A DNA stretch of 64,000 nucleotides from an uncultured Clostridia bacterium (GCA_964406735.1 CAYOSU010000009.1:4491-68490), one strand, 5' to 3'. Positions 26,492 through 34,607 are shown, numbered from the stretch's first letter. The notes: generated by a model from the letters alone, not told the origin. Numbers and translations are program-made.

Positions 26492-26680
26492 ATTACCCTT
26501 GTTGTTTTTAAGTTGGAAGCTCTTTTATTGAGCGTTATTCAAAAAAGAAAATACTTTCATTTTATTTTAATATATTTTTAGAAAAAACTCAAAGCGTTTA
26601 TGCAGGGTTTTTGCGTAAAGCATAAAAAAACCGCTCAAAAAAGTCTTTTGAGCGGTAATTTTGCGTTATTTTTTAGTAGT

Positions 26681-27976
26681 TTATTGAGCGCTCGTTGTAT
26701 CCAATACTCCAACTAAGGAGATGGTCTCGCCGTTATATACCTTTAATACCTTTGCGCCAGTCGTTACGTTTGCGTAGTAGTAAAGGTTGCCGCCGATTGC
26801 AGCCGTTCCGAACGGTGAGGTGTAAGCCGTATCGTAAGTGGTCGTTACCTTGCCCTCTTCGTCAGTCGTTTCGGAAAGGACTAAGAACTGGAGCGCTACG
26901 CCCTTGCCCTCCATAAGCTCGTCGATGGAGTATCTGTATACGGTGAGGACGTTAGAAGAGGTCGTGCCATAGTAAAGGTACTTGCCGTCTACTCTGATGA
27001 GGGTGGATACCGTGCCGCTTCTCAATTGCTTTACTTCGCCGTCGAAGGGAACAAATACCGTGCCGAGCGTTGAAGAGGATGCGATGATACCGTCACTTGG
27101 GTAGCTTGTCGGAACGAAAGAGCCCGTGTAGTTTTCTAAGAGCTTTGTCTCTGTCGCAACGTTTGAAAGCTCTCTCATGCAGAGGCTGTCTTCGAGCGTT
27201 ACTACGGAGTCGGTCTTTCTGTAGAATACCTTGCCATTATCCTCTCTTACTAAGGTGTAGGTATACTTTCTGCCGTTTACGTTGCCGTTGAAAAGCTCCT
27301 GCTTGTCGCCGTTTGCGGAAACTTTTTTAACTACGGTTGCGCCGTTCTCGGTCGTTGCCTCGATAAGTCCGCCGTTATAGAAAAGGCAGGAGGTATATTC
27401 GCTCGAAATTACCTGAGGCTTGGAGTTGCCGTCAAGCTTGATGGAGCTTATCTCGTTGTTGCTGACATAAATTGCGTATACATCTCCGTTGTCCTCTACA
27501 AAAGTCATCTGATAGCCGGTAGAGCCGAGCGTTGCGTACTTCGTAGCGTTCGTGCCGTCGAGCTTGACGCTCATGATATCAAGATATGAGTTCTGTACCT
27601 TGCCCTTGGAGTTAATCTCATCGCAGGGAGAGGTGAAGTAGATCGTGTCGCCGAAGATATAAAGTCCCGTGCCAGAGGTGTTTGCTACGAGCTTGGGAAG
27701 TATTATCGTGGGGTTCGATCCGTCTGCGTTAGCTCTCATCAACGCACCGTTGGTGGTTGCGCCGAGCTCGTTCGTCGCAGTCGTTAATTCACTCGAATTG
27801 ATAAAGTATATATAGTCGCCTTTCTTTACTACGAAGCTGCCGTTATTCTCTACCTTGTCGCCTGCGCTTGCGCCGCCTGCAACGGGTCCGTAGGGATATT
27901 CCTTAGCCTTGGCGCACGCCGTGAACGAAAGTGCCAAGACGACTACTAAAAGAACGGAAATAATTTTCTTTAACAT
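26681..27976 (-). CDS. lipoprotein, DUF5050-like beta-propeller
   Basis: Lipobox LALSFTAC. Repeated GDYIYFINS / GDTIYFTSP / GKYLYYG / GNLYYYAN blades. Confidence 0.55.
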   Translation of the reverse strand: MLKKIISVLLVVVLALSFTACAKAKEYPYGPVAGGASAGDKVENNGSFVVKKGDYIYFINSSELTTATNELGATTNGALMRANADGSNPTIILPKLVANTSGTGLYIFGDTIYFTSPCDEINSKGKVQNSYLDIMSVKLDGTNATKYATLGSTGYQMTFVEDNGDVYAIYVSNNEISSIKLDGNSKPQVISSEYTSCLFYNGGLIEATTENGATVVKKVSANGDKQELFNGNVNGRKYTYTLVREDNGKVFYRKTDSVVTLEDSLCMRELSNVATETKLLENYTGSFVPTSYPSDGIIASSSTLGTVFVPFDGEVKQLRSGTVSTLIRVDGKYLYYGTTSSNVLTVYRYSIDELMEGKGVALQFLVLSETTDEEGKVTTTYDTAYTSPFGTAAIGGNLYYYANVTTGAKVLKVYNGETISLVGVLDTTSAQ

Positions 27977-27991
27977 TTTTATTTCTCCTTG

Positions 27992-28025
27992 AATACTATT
28001 TTATCGCAACGATAAAAATAGTATT
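27992..28025 (-). promoter_or_regulatory. 15-bp inverted repeat in the 5' UTR, directly upstream of the lipoprotein SD
   Basis: Plus strand AATACTATTTTATCG-CAA-CGATAAAAATAGTATT. Lies between the promoter at 28064-28092 and the AAGGAG SD. Confidence 0.6.
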
Positions 28026-28063
28026 TCGCTTATTTCTAAATCGGTTTTTGCCGATACTTTCTC

Positions 28064-28092
28064 ATTATATACTACAAAGAAAATTTAATCAA
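28064..28092 (-). promoter_or_regulatory. candidate promoter of the lipoprotein gene
   Basis: TTGATT, 17-nt spacer, TATAAT on the minus strand. Confidence 0.55.
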
Positions 28093-28370
28093 ATATTTTT
28101 TGGCAAAAAACGGAGTTTACTCGCCATGAACAAACAATATTTCAACGCTTTGGGCGTTTTGAAGCCAAAGTTTCACTTAAATAAACACGCAAAAAGCAAT
28201 ATCGGCATCAAAAGCCTTGAAAACTTTGGCCGGATTCTCTCACTCCCCGAAAATCCTCAAAGAGATATTGCGGAAAATTTTTGCGGCAACGTTGAAAGCA
28301 AGTCAAGCAATATTAAAAACACAAGGTTTGACTTGAATTATTACGAAGTGCCTGAATTTTATCGGAAAAG

Positions 28371-28410
28371 CCCGTCGAAATTTGTCGAATAACGTCGAAT
28401 TTTGACGAAA
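28371..28410 (+). repeat. four tandem 10-mers each carrying a TGTCGAA-like heptamer
   Basis: CCCGTCGAAA TTTGTCGAAT AACGTCGAAT TTTGACGAAA. Confidence 0.8.
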
Positions 28411-28436
28411 CTTGTCTTTTTATGCCGTTTTTCGCT

Positions 28437-30758
28437 TTATTTGCGAACGGGCGGATAGGCAAACAGGAATGCGTTTCGCACCATCTCGTCGGTAGGTCCT
28501 TCGCCGTAAAAGGGCGTTATCATAAAGCTTGCCTCTACCCTTTTGCCGTTATAGGAAGGGGCGTAAGAGTCGAACTGAGTCGCCGCCTTGGTCGTAAGAT
28601 ACGTTGAAAGCTCGGACTTTGAGAGTACGTTTTTGAGCTGTTTGCCGTGGTACGTTCCGAGCGGATTCAGCGAAGCGGAGTATTCGCCTATAAGATAGCT
28701 TATACGCATCGGGCAGAACGCAAAGTTGTTGTCCTTGAAAACGTTCTGGGCTATCATTATGCCCTTTTCGCCGTTTGAAAGGGCGGTATAGCCGCACGTT
28801 ATCGCATTATTGAAGGAATCTATGCGCCTGTTGTGCGTCGTTACGCCGAAATCTATCGCAAACCTCGACTGGTCGCCGAAAAAGTTGTGCTTGGTCACCA
28901 AGAACGGGTGCTTATCGCTTGCGGTGAACGCAGGGTATATCTCGAACGGCATTACTTCCTTGAACCTGTTGTCGTAGGTCTTATTCAAGCGTTTGGCTTT
29001 CTTTTTGTCGTAGCCCTTATGCTCGGTCTCGGGGATGTCCACGAAGCCGTCGAAGTATACGCTCGGAAGGTCGCTCGTTATCGTTACGGTGTATTTGAAC
29101 TTGCCCTTTTGCGCATGCGGAAGCTTTATGTCGCCGACGACCTTCATCATCTTGACGCCGCCTATGTCGTAAGTCGAATAGCCCGTCATCTCTCCCCTGT
29201 AAAGCTTGTTGCCGTAGCGGATCTGAGGCTTTAAGGCACGCTTTATGAACAGATCATCCTTGTAATACAGCCTTATGCCGCCGCCCGGGGTCAGCGAGAC
29301 CTTGACAAGCTTATTCTCTATCGACTTGGCGTTCGTCGTTACTGCCTCGAAGTCGTCGTAAGGAACGGGCTTTAAGTCTATTTTGCCCGATACGCCTTGA
29401 AGTATTACGCCGTCCTCGTTTTTATAGGGCACTTTGAAGCTTTGGAGTAGCTTTCCGTTCAGCATATATTTTCTGCCGTGCGGATTGTCTCTCTCGACGA
29501 AAACAAGACTGCTTGCGCCGTCGCCCATGTATACGTAAGGGTTATCGGCGTACACGTCGCTTTCGCCCTCAAGGAGCTTTTCGGACAACGCTAACGCCTC
29601 GCTCGCTAAGCGTTCGGCTTCCTCGATACGCTCTTTGTTGACTATCGGGGACGCCAAACCAAAGTGGGTCGTCGAAAGGGCTAATACCCTCTTGCGGCGA
29701 GCCTCTTCTATCTCGGGAGGGTCTGTCTTGCCTCGGCTTTTTGCTATCTCGTGCGCACGGAAGCAAAGGAAGCGGCTCTTCTCTATCTTCTTCCATACGG
29801 AGGTGTTTTCCCACTTCTCCGCCCACGAGGAGTAGCCGTCGTGCGAGCCGTCCGCCGTGTCAAGCGGAAGCGTTACCTCGCCAACAGTTTCGTGCGACTT
29901 CATATATTCGTAAGGAGTTGAAAATTCGACGTAAGGGAGCTTTGACAAAGCCTTTATCATCTTATATAAGCCGCCCTTGGAAATCCCGTCCTCGGGCGTT
30001 TTCTTCGCCATATAGCCGTACCAGAACTCGTCGTCGGCATCCATATCGACTATCAGCATCAGGTCGCCTAAGTTTTCTGCACGCTGTTTTTTTCTCATGA
30101 CCTTGACGTAGCGTTTTATGCCGCCGCCAAAGACTATATCGCCGTTGTTTACGCTCGGAAGCAGGGTTATCGTATCGGCGGAAATGGAGCTTTTTAATGT
30201 CAAAGGGTTATACCTTTCATTGGTCGAAAGGGGCTTTATGAAGTTTGAAAAGGCGTTGAACGGCACGGATGAATAGTAAAGCGAGACCGCCTGTATGCCG
30301 ACGTTTTTAAGTAGCGGTATTAAAGAGGAGCTCATCATACACTCCTGAGGGCGTATTATCGGCGCAAAACCGCCGAAAACGTCCATAAGTCCGCTGCCTT
30401 TTTCGTTAGTTATCATCTCGGACAATACGAGCTTGGCTTCCTCTGCATCGAGCGCAGTTAATATTCCGTTATTGTAGCTCATCGCCTCTATCTCGTCGCC
30501 ACGCTGTTTGCGCTTTTTGACATCCTCTAAAAGCTCGGGGCAATACTTTGGCATTATGCGCTCTAAGGTGTAGTAATTCTCTACGTCCCAAGTGCCTTTT
30601 ACCTCGATGCCCTTGTCGTTATAGAAATTAAGCACCTCGACGATGTTCTTTATTATTCTGATGTCCTTTCCTATGCCGTTCTCGTCTAAGCTCTCACCTC
30701 GGTAGGAGTGATACATATTGACGTGAAAGCGGAAGGAAACGTGTATCTTTCCGTCCAT
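28437..30758 (-). CDS. hypothetical 773-aa protein, possibly a glycoside hydrolase / deacetylase-fold enzyme
   Basis: No signal peptide. N-terminal HVSFRFHVNMYHSYRG recalls the metal/acid motif of GH57/GH38/NodB-type barrels. Family not actually recognised. Confidence 0.3.
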   Translation of the reverse strand: MDGKIHVSFRFHVNMYHSYRGESLDENGIGKDIRIIKNIVEVLNFYNDKGIEVKGTWDVENYYTLERIMPKYCPELLEDVKKRKQRGDEIEAMSYNNGILTALDAEEAKLVLSEMITNEKGSGLMDVFGGFAPIIRPQECMMSSSLIPLLKNVGIQAVSLYYSSVPFNAFSNFIKPLSTNERYNPLTLKSSISADTITLLPSVNNGDIVFGGGIKRYVKVMRKKQRAENLGDLMLIVDMDADDEFWYGYMAKKTPEDGISKGGLYKMIKALSKLPYVEFSTPYEYMKSHETVGEVTLPLDTADGSHDGYSSWAEKWENTSVWKKIEKSRFLCFRAHEIAKSRGKTDPPEIEEARRKRVLALSTTHFGLASPIVNKERIEEAERLASEALALSEKLLEGESDVYADNPYVYMGDGASSLVFVERDNPHGRKYMLNGKLLQSFKVPYKNEDGVILQGVSGKIDLKPVPYDDFEAVTTNAKSIENKLVKVSLTPGGGIRLYYKDDLFIKRALKPQIRYGNKLYRGEMTGYSTYDIGGVKMMKVVGDIKLPHAQKGKFKYTVTITSDLPSVYFDGFVDIPETEHKGYDKKKAKRLNKTYDNRFKEVMPFEIYPAFTASDKHPFLVTKHNFFGDQSRFAIDFGVTTHNRRIDSFNNAITCGYTALSNGEKGIMIAQNVFKDNNFAFCPMRISYLIGEYSASLNPLGTYHGKQLKNVLSKSELSTYLTTKAATQFDSYAPSYNGKRVEASFMITPFYGEGPTDEMVRNAFLFAYPPVRK

Positions 30759-30813
30759 ATTTTCTCTTATTTTTCAAAGATGCACCGCAATATTTGCGGC
30801 GCAGGTGGCGTTT

Positions 30814-31389
30814 TTATATCCTCTTGTCAAGCCCGTAGAAAAAGAACTGGAAGTAGTCCGTCAGCATCGCAGATACGCTCCTCGAATCCTCGCTCGAAAA
30901 CAGTATCTCGAACGCTCCGTTCAAGAAGGACTTCGACAGCGCAAGGGAATATTCCTTGCTTATCGGCACTTTCTTGACGTGGTTGCGTATCCTGTCTATC
31001 TCTTTTTTGAGCCTCTCGGAAAACTTCTCGAAGAACTGCTGTTTGAACTTCGTCCCCTCTTCGTTCTGGGTGTTCATCAAAAGCTTTATCTCACGCCTGT
31101 TGCGCACCATGAAGGGTATCGTGTTCTTCTTGAACTCGTCGAATACCTTCATCGAAACGCCTGCCGCCAACAGCTTGTCGAAATGCTCGGAAACTGCCGC
31201 CGCAACAGGTCCGACTATCTCGTCGAATATCGCATGCTTCGAGGCAAAATAGTTGTATATGTTGCCGACTGCGACATCGGCATCCTCCGCTATGCGACGA
31301 ATGGAAGCGTTGTTCTCGCCGTGGGTGTAAAACTCCTCGAGCGCACAGGAGAGTATCTTCTCCTTTGTTTCTTGCTTTTTATACTGCAT
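30814..31389 (-). CDS. TetR/AcrR family transcriptional regulator
   Basis: HTH ILSCALEEFYTHGENNASIRRIAEDADVAVGNIYNYFASKHAIFDEIV. Confidence 0.9.
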   Translation of the reverse strand: MQYKKQETKEKILSCALEEFYTHGENNASIRRIAEDADVAVGNIYNYFASKHAIFDEIVGPVAAAVSEHFDKLLAAGVSMKVFDEFKKNTIPFMVRNRREIKLLMNTQNEEGTKFKQQFFEKFSERLKKEIDRIRNHVKKVPISKEYSLALSKSFLNGAFEILFSSEDSRSVSAMLTDYFQFFFYGLDKRI

Positions 31390-31580
31390 ACTCCACCAAA
31401 AACGAATTGTAATACATTATTGTTCATATTATACCTGCAATTTCACGTTTAGTCAAGGCTATTGTGTGAAGAATGACGCATAAGTAGGCTTTTGCGAATA
31501 TATCGGGGCATTTTTGAATAAAATACCTTGACCGCTCGACAAATTGGGAAAGTCTGCGGTGCGAAAAAAGCGTATCATAT

Positions 31581-31930
31581 GCGAAGCAGAGCGAGAGCCG
31601 AAGCGTTAGCGGTAGCGGAAGCGAGTGCGTGGAGCGATAGCTTGACGGTTAGCCGAGCGAGTGCGGAAGCGTAAAGCCGAGCGAGTGCGTGAAGCGGTAG
31701 CGAAGCGAGAGCCGACCGAGAGAATTAAGCGGTAGCCGAAGCGTTAGCGGTAGCCTAAGCGGAGTGAAAGCGAGAGCCGAGCGAGTGCGGAAGCGTAAAG
31801 CCGAGCGAGTGCGTGAAGCGTAAAGCCGAGCGAGTGCGTGGAGCGATAGCTTGACGGTTAGCCGAGCGAGTGCGTGAAGCGTAAAGCCGAGCAAGAGCGT
31901 GGAGCGGTAGCGGAAGCGAAGCGTGGCGAA
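31581..31930 (+). repeat. T-poor tandem array built from AGCCGAGCGAGTGCG(T)GAAGCGTAA units with higher-order duplication
   Basis: Unit starts at 31651, 31675, 31775, 31799, 31824, 31860, 31885. A ~55-nt block at 31621 is repeated at 31829. Confidence 0.85.
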
Positions 31931-32002
31931 AATCGGTCGTTTTCGGGCGGTGGACTTTCCTTAAACTTATTAGCGGTACTTTGGTATTAAAGGGGAAATG
32001 AA

Positions 32003-32764
32003 GTGAAAATTTCGCTTGTGAGAGTACATAAAAGCGTTATTGCGGCAGGGCTATCACTACTTTTGCTTGCGTATTCGGTCTGTATTTCGGGAAAAAGCGT
32101 TGAGGCGTTCGAGCTTTCGGAAAAGAGGCTTACGCCGATATATTGCGTGAAAAGAAACGACAACCTCGTGGGGCTTTCGTTCGACGCAGCCTGGGGTGCA
32201 GACAAGACGGAAAAGATACTCGACGTTCTGAAGGAAAACGGCATTAAGGCGACCTTTTTTCTCGTGTCGTTCTGGGCGGAGAAATATCCCGAGCTTGTCA
32301 GGCGTATAGCCTCCGAAGGGCACGAGATAGGTACGCACTCTGCAACGCATCCGCATTTTAACAAGCTATCTCCCGAGAAAAAGCGTGAGGAGCTGACGAA
32401 AAGCATTGAGACGATCGAGAGCATCGCAGGGGTCAAGGTCAAGCTATTCAGGCCGCCGTTCGGGGAATACGACAACTCCCTTATCCTGCTTTGCAAGGAG
32501 CTTTCAATCACCCCTATTCAGTGGGACGTTGACTCCCTTGACTGGAAGGGTATTTCGGCAAGCGAGATCACGACAAGGGTCACGACTAAAACGAAGTCGG
32601 GAAGTATCATACTTTGCCACAACAACGCCGACAACATCGTCGAGGCGGCAAGGAGATTTATTCCCGCTCTTTTGGAGAAGGGATTTACTGTTACGAACAT
32701 TGGCAATATGCTCCTTGACGGAGAATATACGATAGATCAAAGCGGAGCGCAATGCCCCGCATGA
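32003..32764 (+). CDS. polysaccharide deacetylase family protein (PdaA/PdaB-like, sporulation-type NodB domain)
   Basis: GTG start. LSFDAAWGADKTEKILDVLKENGIKATFFLV, HEIGTHSATHPH and LFRPPFGEYD motifs. Confidence 0.8.
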   Translation: MKISLVRVHKSVIAAGLSLLLLAYSVCISGKSVEAFELSEKRLTPIYCVKRNDNLVGLSFDAAWGADKTEKILDVLKENGIKATFFLVSFWAEKYPELVRRIASEGHEIGTHSATHPHFNKLSPEKKREELTKSIETIESIAGVKVKLFRPPFGEYDNSLILLCKELSITPIQWDVDSLDWKGISASEITTRVTTKTKSGSIILCHNNADNIVEAARRFIPALLEKGFTVTNIGNMLLDGEYTIDQSGAQCPA

Positions 32765-32787
32765 CGAAACAAAAGGAGGTTTTTTTG

Positions 32788-33483
32788 ATGTCATATGACG
32801 AAATGAACAACAGAGCATACTTAAGAGGCAGAGTGCTTTCTAAGCCCATGTTCTCGCACGAGGTCTTCGGTGAGGCGTTCTTTGAAACGACTATCGCTAC
32901 GCCGAGGCTTTCTAAGGAAGAGGACGTTATTCCCGTTACCATATCGGAAAGGCTGCTTGCAAGCGCAGACTTTTCCGTCGGAAGCGTCGTTACCGTGTTC
33001 GGACAGTTCAGAAGCTACAACAAGGCGGTCGGGTGTAAGTCTAAGCTCGTGCTGACGCTGTTCGTGAGGGAAGTGCTCTCTAACGACGAGAGCAAGAACC
33101 CAAACGTTATTTTTCTGTCGGGCTTTATCTGCAAGCCGTCGATATATCGCACGACGCCGTTTAACCGAGAGATAGCCGATATTTTGCTCGCAGTCAACAG
33201 GTCGTACAATAAATCGGACTATATCCCCTGCATCGCTTGGGGTAGAAACGCAAGGTTTTGCAGGGAATTCTCCGTCGGTGAAAGGCTCGCCGTCGAGGGA
33301 CGTATTCAGTCGAGAAAGTACGTCAAGAAGATCGACGAGACCTTGCAAGAGGAGAAAACGGCGTACGAGATCTCCGTGTCGAAGCTGTCGGTCGGGGACA
33401 ATATTTTGCTTCTCGAAGAGGAAGCCGACGCTTTCTTTCCGCAACGGGAGCTTGTTATGAGCGAGGAATACGAGCCTGCGTGA
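32788..33483 (+). CDS. SSB-like protein with two tandem OB-fold halves
   Basis: ATG 32788 follows AAAGGAGG. Two repeats of an SSB-like pattern (NRAYLRGRV...VTVFGQFRSY and NVIFLSGFI...LAVEGRIQSRKY). Confidence 0.45.
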   Translation: MSYDEMNNRAYLRGRVLSKPMFSHEVFGEAFFETTIATPRLSKEEDVIPVTISERLLASADFSVGSVVTVFGQFRSYNKAVGCKSKLVLTLFVREVLSNDESKNPNVIFLSGFICKPSIYRTTPFNREIADILLAVNRSYNKSDYIPCIAWGRNARFCREFSVGERLAVEGRIQSRKYVKKIDETLQEEKTAYEISVSKLSVGDNILLLEEEADAFFPQRELVMSEEYEPA

Positions 33484-33645
33484 GGAGTGGTGGTAAAGCG
33501 GAGTTTTGGTGGAAGTAGTTAGATTTTAACAATCCCTCAGTCTGCTACGCAGACAGCTCCCTTTACACAAAGGAGCCTTTCATATGGTTTGCTCGTTATT
33601 AGACTGCGGCGGCAGCAAGCTACCGCCTTACGGTAGGTGAGAGCG
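33484..33645 (+). repeat. mosaic intergenic repeat, locus 3 (3' part of module A + core B + module C)
   Basis: ...AGTAGTTAGATTTTAACAATCCCTCAGTCTGCTACGCAGACAGCTCCCTTTACACAAAGGAGCCTTTCATATGGTTTGCTCGTTATTAGACTGCGGCGGCAGCAAGCTACCGCC. Confidence 0.9.
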
Positions 33646-33655
33646 TTTTTTATTA

Positions 33656-33684
33656 GAAAAAGCCTCGATTTTTCGAGGCTTTTA
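33656..33684. terminator. bidirectional terminator between convergent genes
   Basis: AAAAAGCCTCGATTTTTCGAGGCTTTT. Near-identical hairpin at 35549-35581. Confidence 0.7.
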
Positions 33685-33707
33685 GTTATTATTATGAGTG
33701 CGCCGAG

Positions 33708-34283
33708 TTATTCGAGTTCGTCTAAGGTGAGGTCGAATGAGGGCAGGAAGTTTTCTATGAAGTAGCGGCATTCGGGAAGGTCGGTGTACGCTTCGAGCTC
33801 CTTTTTGAGGCTCTTTTCGGCTTTAGCAAACTCTCGGTTGCCTGCTTTGAGCTCCTCTACGCATTCGACGTACGCAGACAGCTTGTCGGCACACTTCATT
33901 ATTTTATGCTCCTCCGGTGTGGGGTCTAATATCAGCGACCTATACTCATCTTTGAGCTCTTCGGGCAGCATGTCGATGAGCTTCTCAGACGACGAGCGCT
34001 CTAAAGCCTTATACGCCGTCTTTATGTCGGGGTTGAAGTATTTTATCGGGGTTGGCAGATCGCCCGTTATTACCTCGCTGGTCTCGTGATAGACTGCTAT
34101 CATACCTATTCTGTTGGCGTCGTAGCTCTTGCCGTACAGTTTGTTGCCGATGAGCGCTATTGCATGCGCAAACATTGCGACCTGCTCGCTATGCTCCATG
34201 ACGTTTTCTTTTCTTGTCGAGCGCATCAGCGACCACCTTTCGATGTATTTCATTCTGTTCATGTAGGCAAAAAAATTAGACAT
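33708..34283 (-). CDS. yfbR: 5'-deoxynucleotidase, HD-domain (YfbR-like)
   Basis: From ATG 34283 (GAGGAG SD). MSNFFAYMNRMKYIERWSLMRSTRKENVMEHSEQVAMFAH...VYHETSEVITGDLPTPIKYFN closely parallels E. coli YfbR. Confidence 0.9.
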   Translation of the reverse strand: MSNFFAYMNRMKYIERWSLMRSTRKENVMEHSEQVAMFAHAIALIGNKLYGKSYDANRIGMIAVYHETSEVITGDLPTPIKYFNPDIKTAYKALERSSSEKLIDMLPEELKDEYRSLILDPTPEEHKIMKCADKLSAYVECVEELKAGNREFAKAEKSLKKELEAYTDLPECRYFIENFLPSFDLTLDELE

Positions 34284-34325
34284 TGCGTTCTCCTCTATCC
34301 TTTGTTTGTTTCTTGTTTTTGTTAG

Positions 34326-34556
34326 TTGACGCTGCCCGAGATTCCGAAATAGCACTGCCTTGCGATTTAGATACAACGGGGCAGCGTGCGTGGCGGTGAG
34401 TTCTATCATTAGTTTGGGGGAGTAGTTACGGTGGTTAACAATCCCTCAGTCTCGGCGTTTAAGCGCCGAGACAGCTCCCTTTACACAAAGGAGCCTTTCA
34501 TATGGTTTGCTCGTTATTAGACTGCGGCGGCAGCAAGCCACCGCCATACGGATTAT
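34326..34556 (+). repeat. mosaic intergenic repeat, locus 4 (complete A + B + C)
   Basis: Module A 34326-34437, core B 34438-34519, module C 34519-34556. Confidence 0.9.
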
Positions 34557-34607
34557 GGGGTTTTATATGTTTATTTTAGCAAATTGCAGAGAAGAGCGCA
34601 ATAATTC

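Noticed and set aside
28048-28392. 114-aa plus-strand ORF (or 88 aa from ATG 28126) in the gap between the lipoprotein and the 773-aa gene.
   Set aside because: The K/N-rich translation comes from AT-rich DNA. It overlaps the lipoprotein promoter region, its end is formed by the 10-mer satellite, and it has only a weak GGAG. Kept as unsupported rather than called.
31649-31894. 81-aa ORF MLGFTLHALARL... inside the tandem array.
   Set aside because: It is a translation of the repeat itself (periodic LHALARL/RSAL). It has no SD and no conservation logic.
31581-31930. Possible CRISPR array, given the regularly recurring ~25-nt units.
   Set aside because: Units are contiguous or separated by related sequence, not by unique spacers. 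The period is irregular (24-36 nt). No cas genes or leader are in the window.
34284-34409. N-terminal 42-codon extension of the yfbR ORF in the track (33708-34409).
   Set aside because: The extension is a read-through of repeat module A. A good GAGGAG SD and the YfbR-homologous N-terminus start at ATG 34283.
34438-34519. Interpretation of the co-oriented structured repeats as integron attC sites.
   Set aside because: No intI integrase or attI is present. The flanking genes are core housekeeping genes (rarA, murG, yfbR) rather than promoterless cassettes. No GTTRRRY-type conserved ends were seen.
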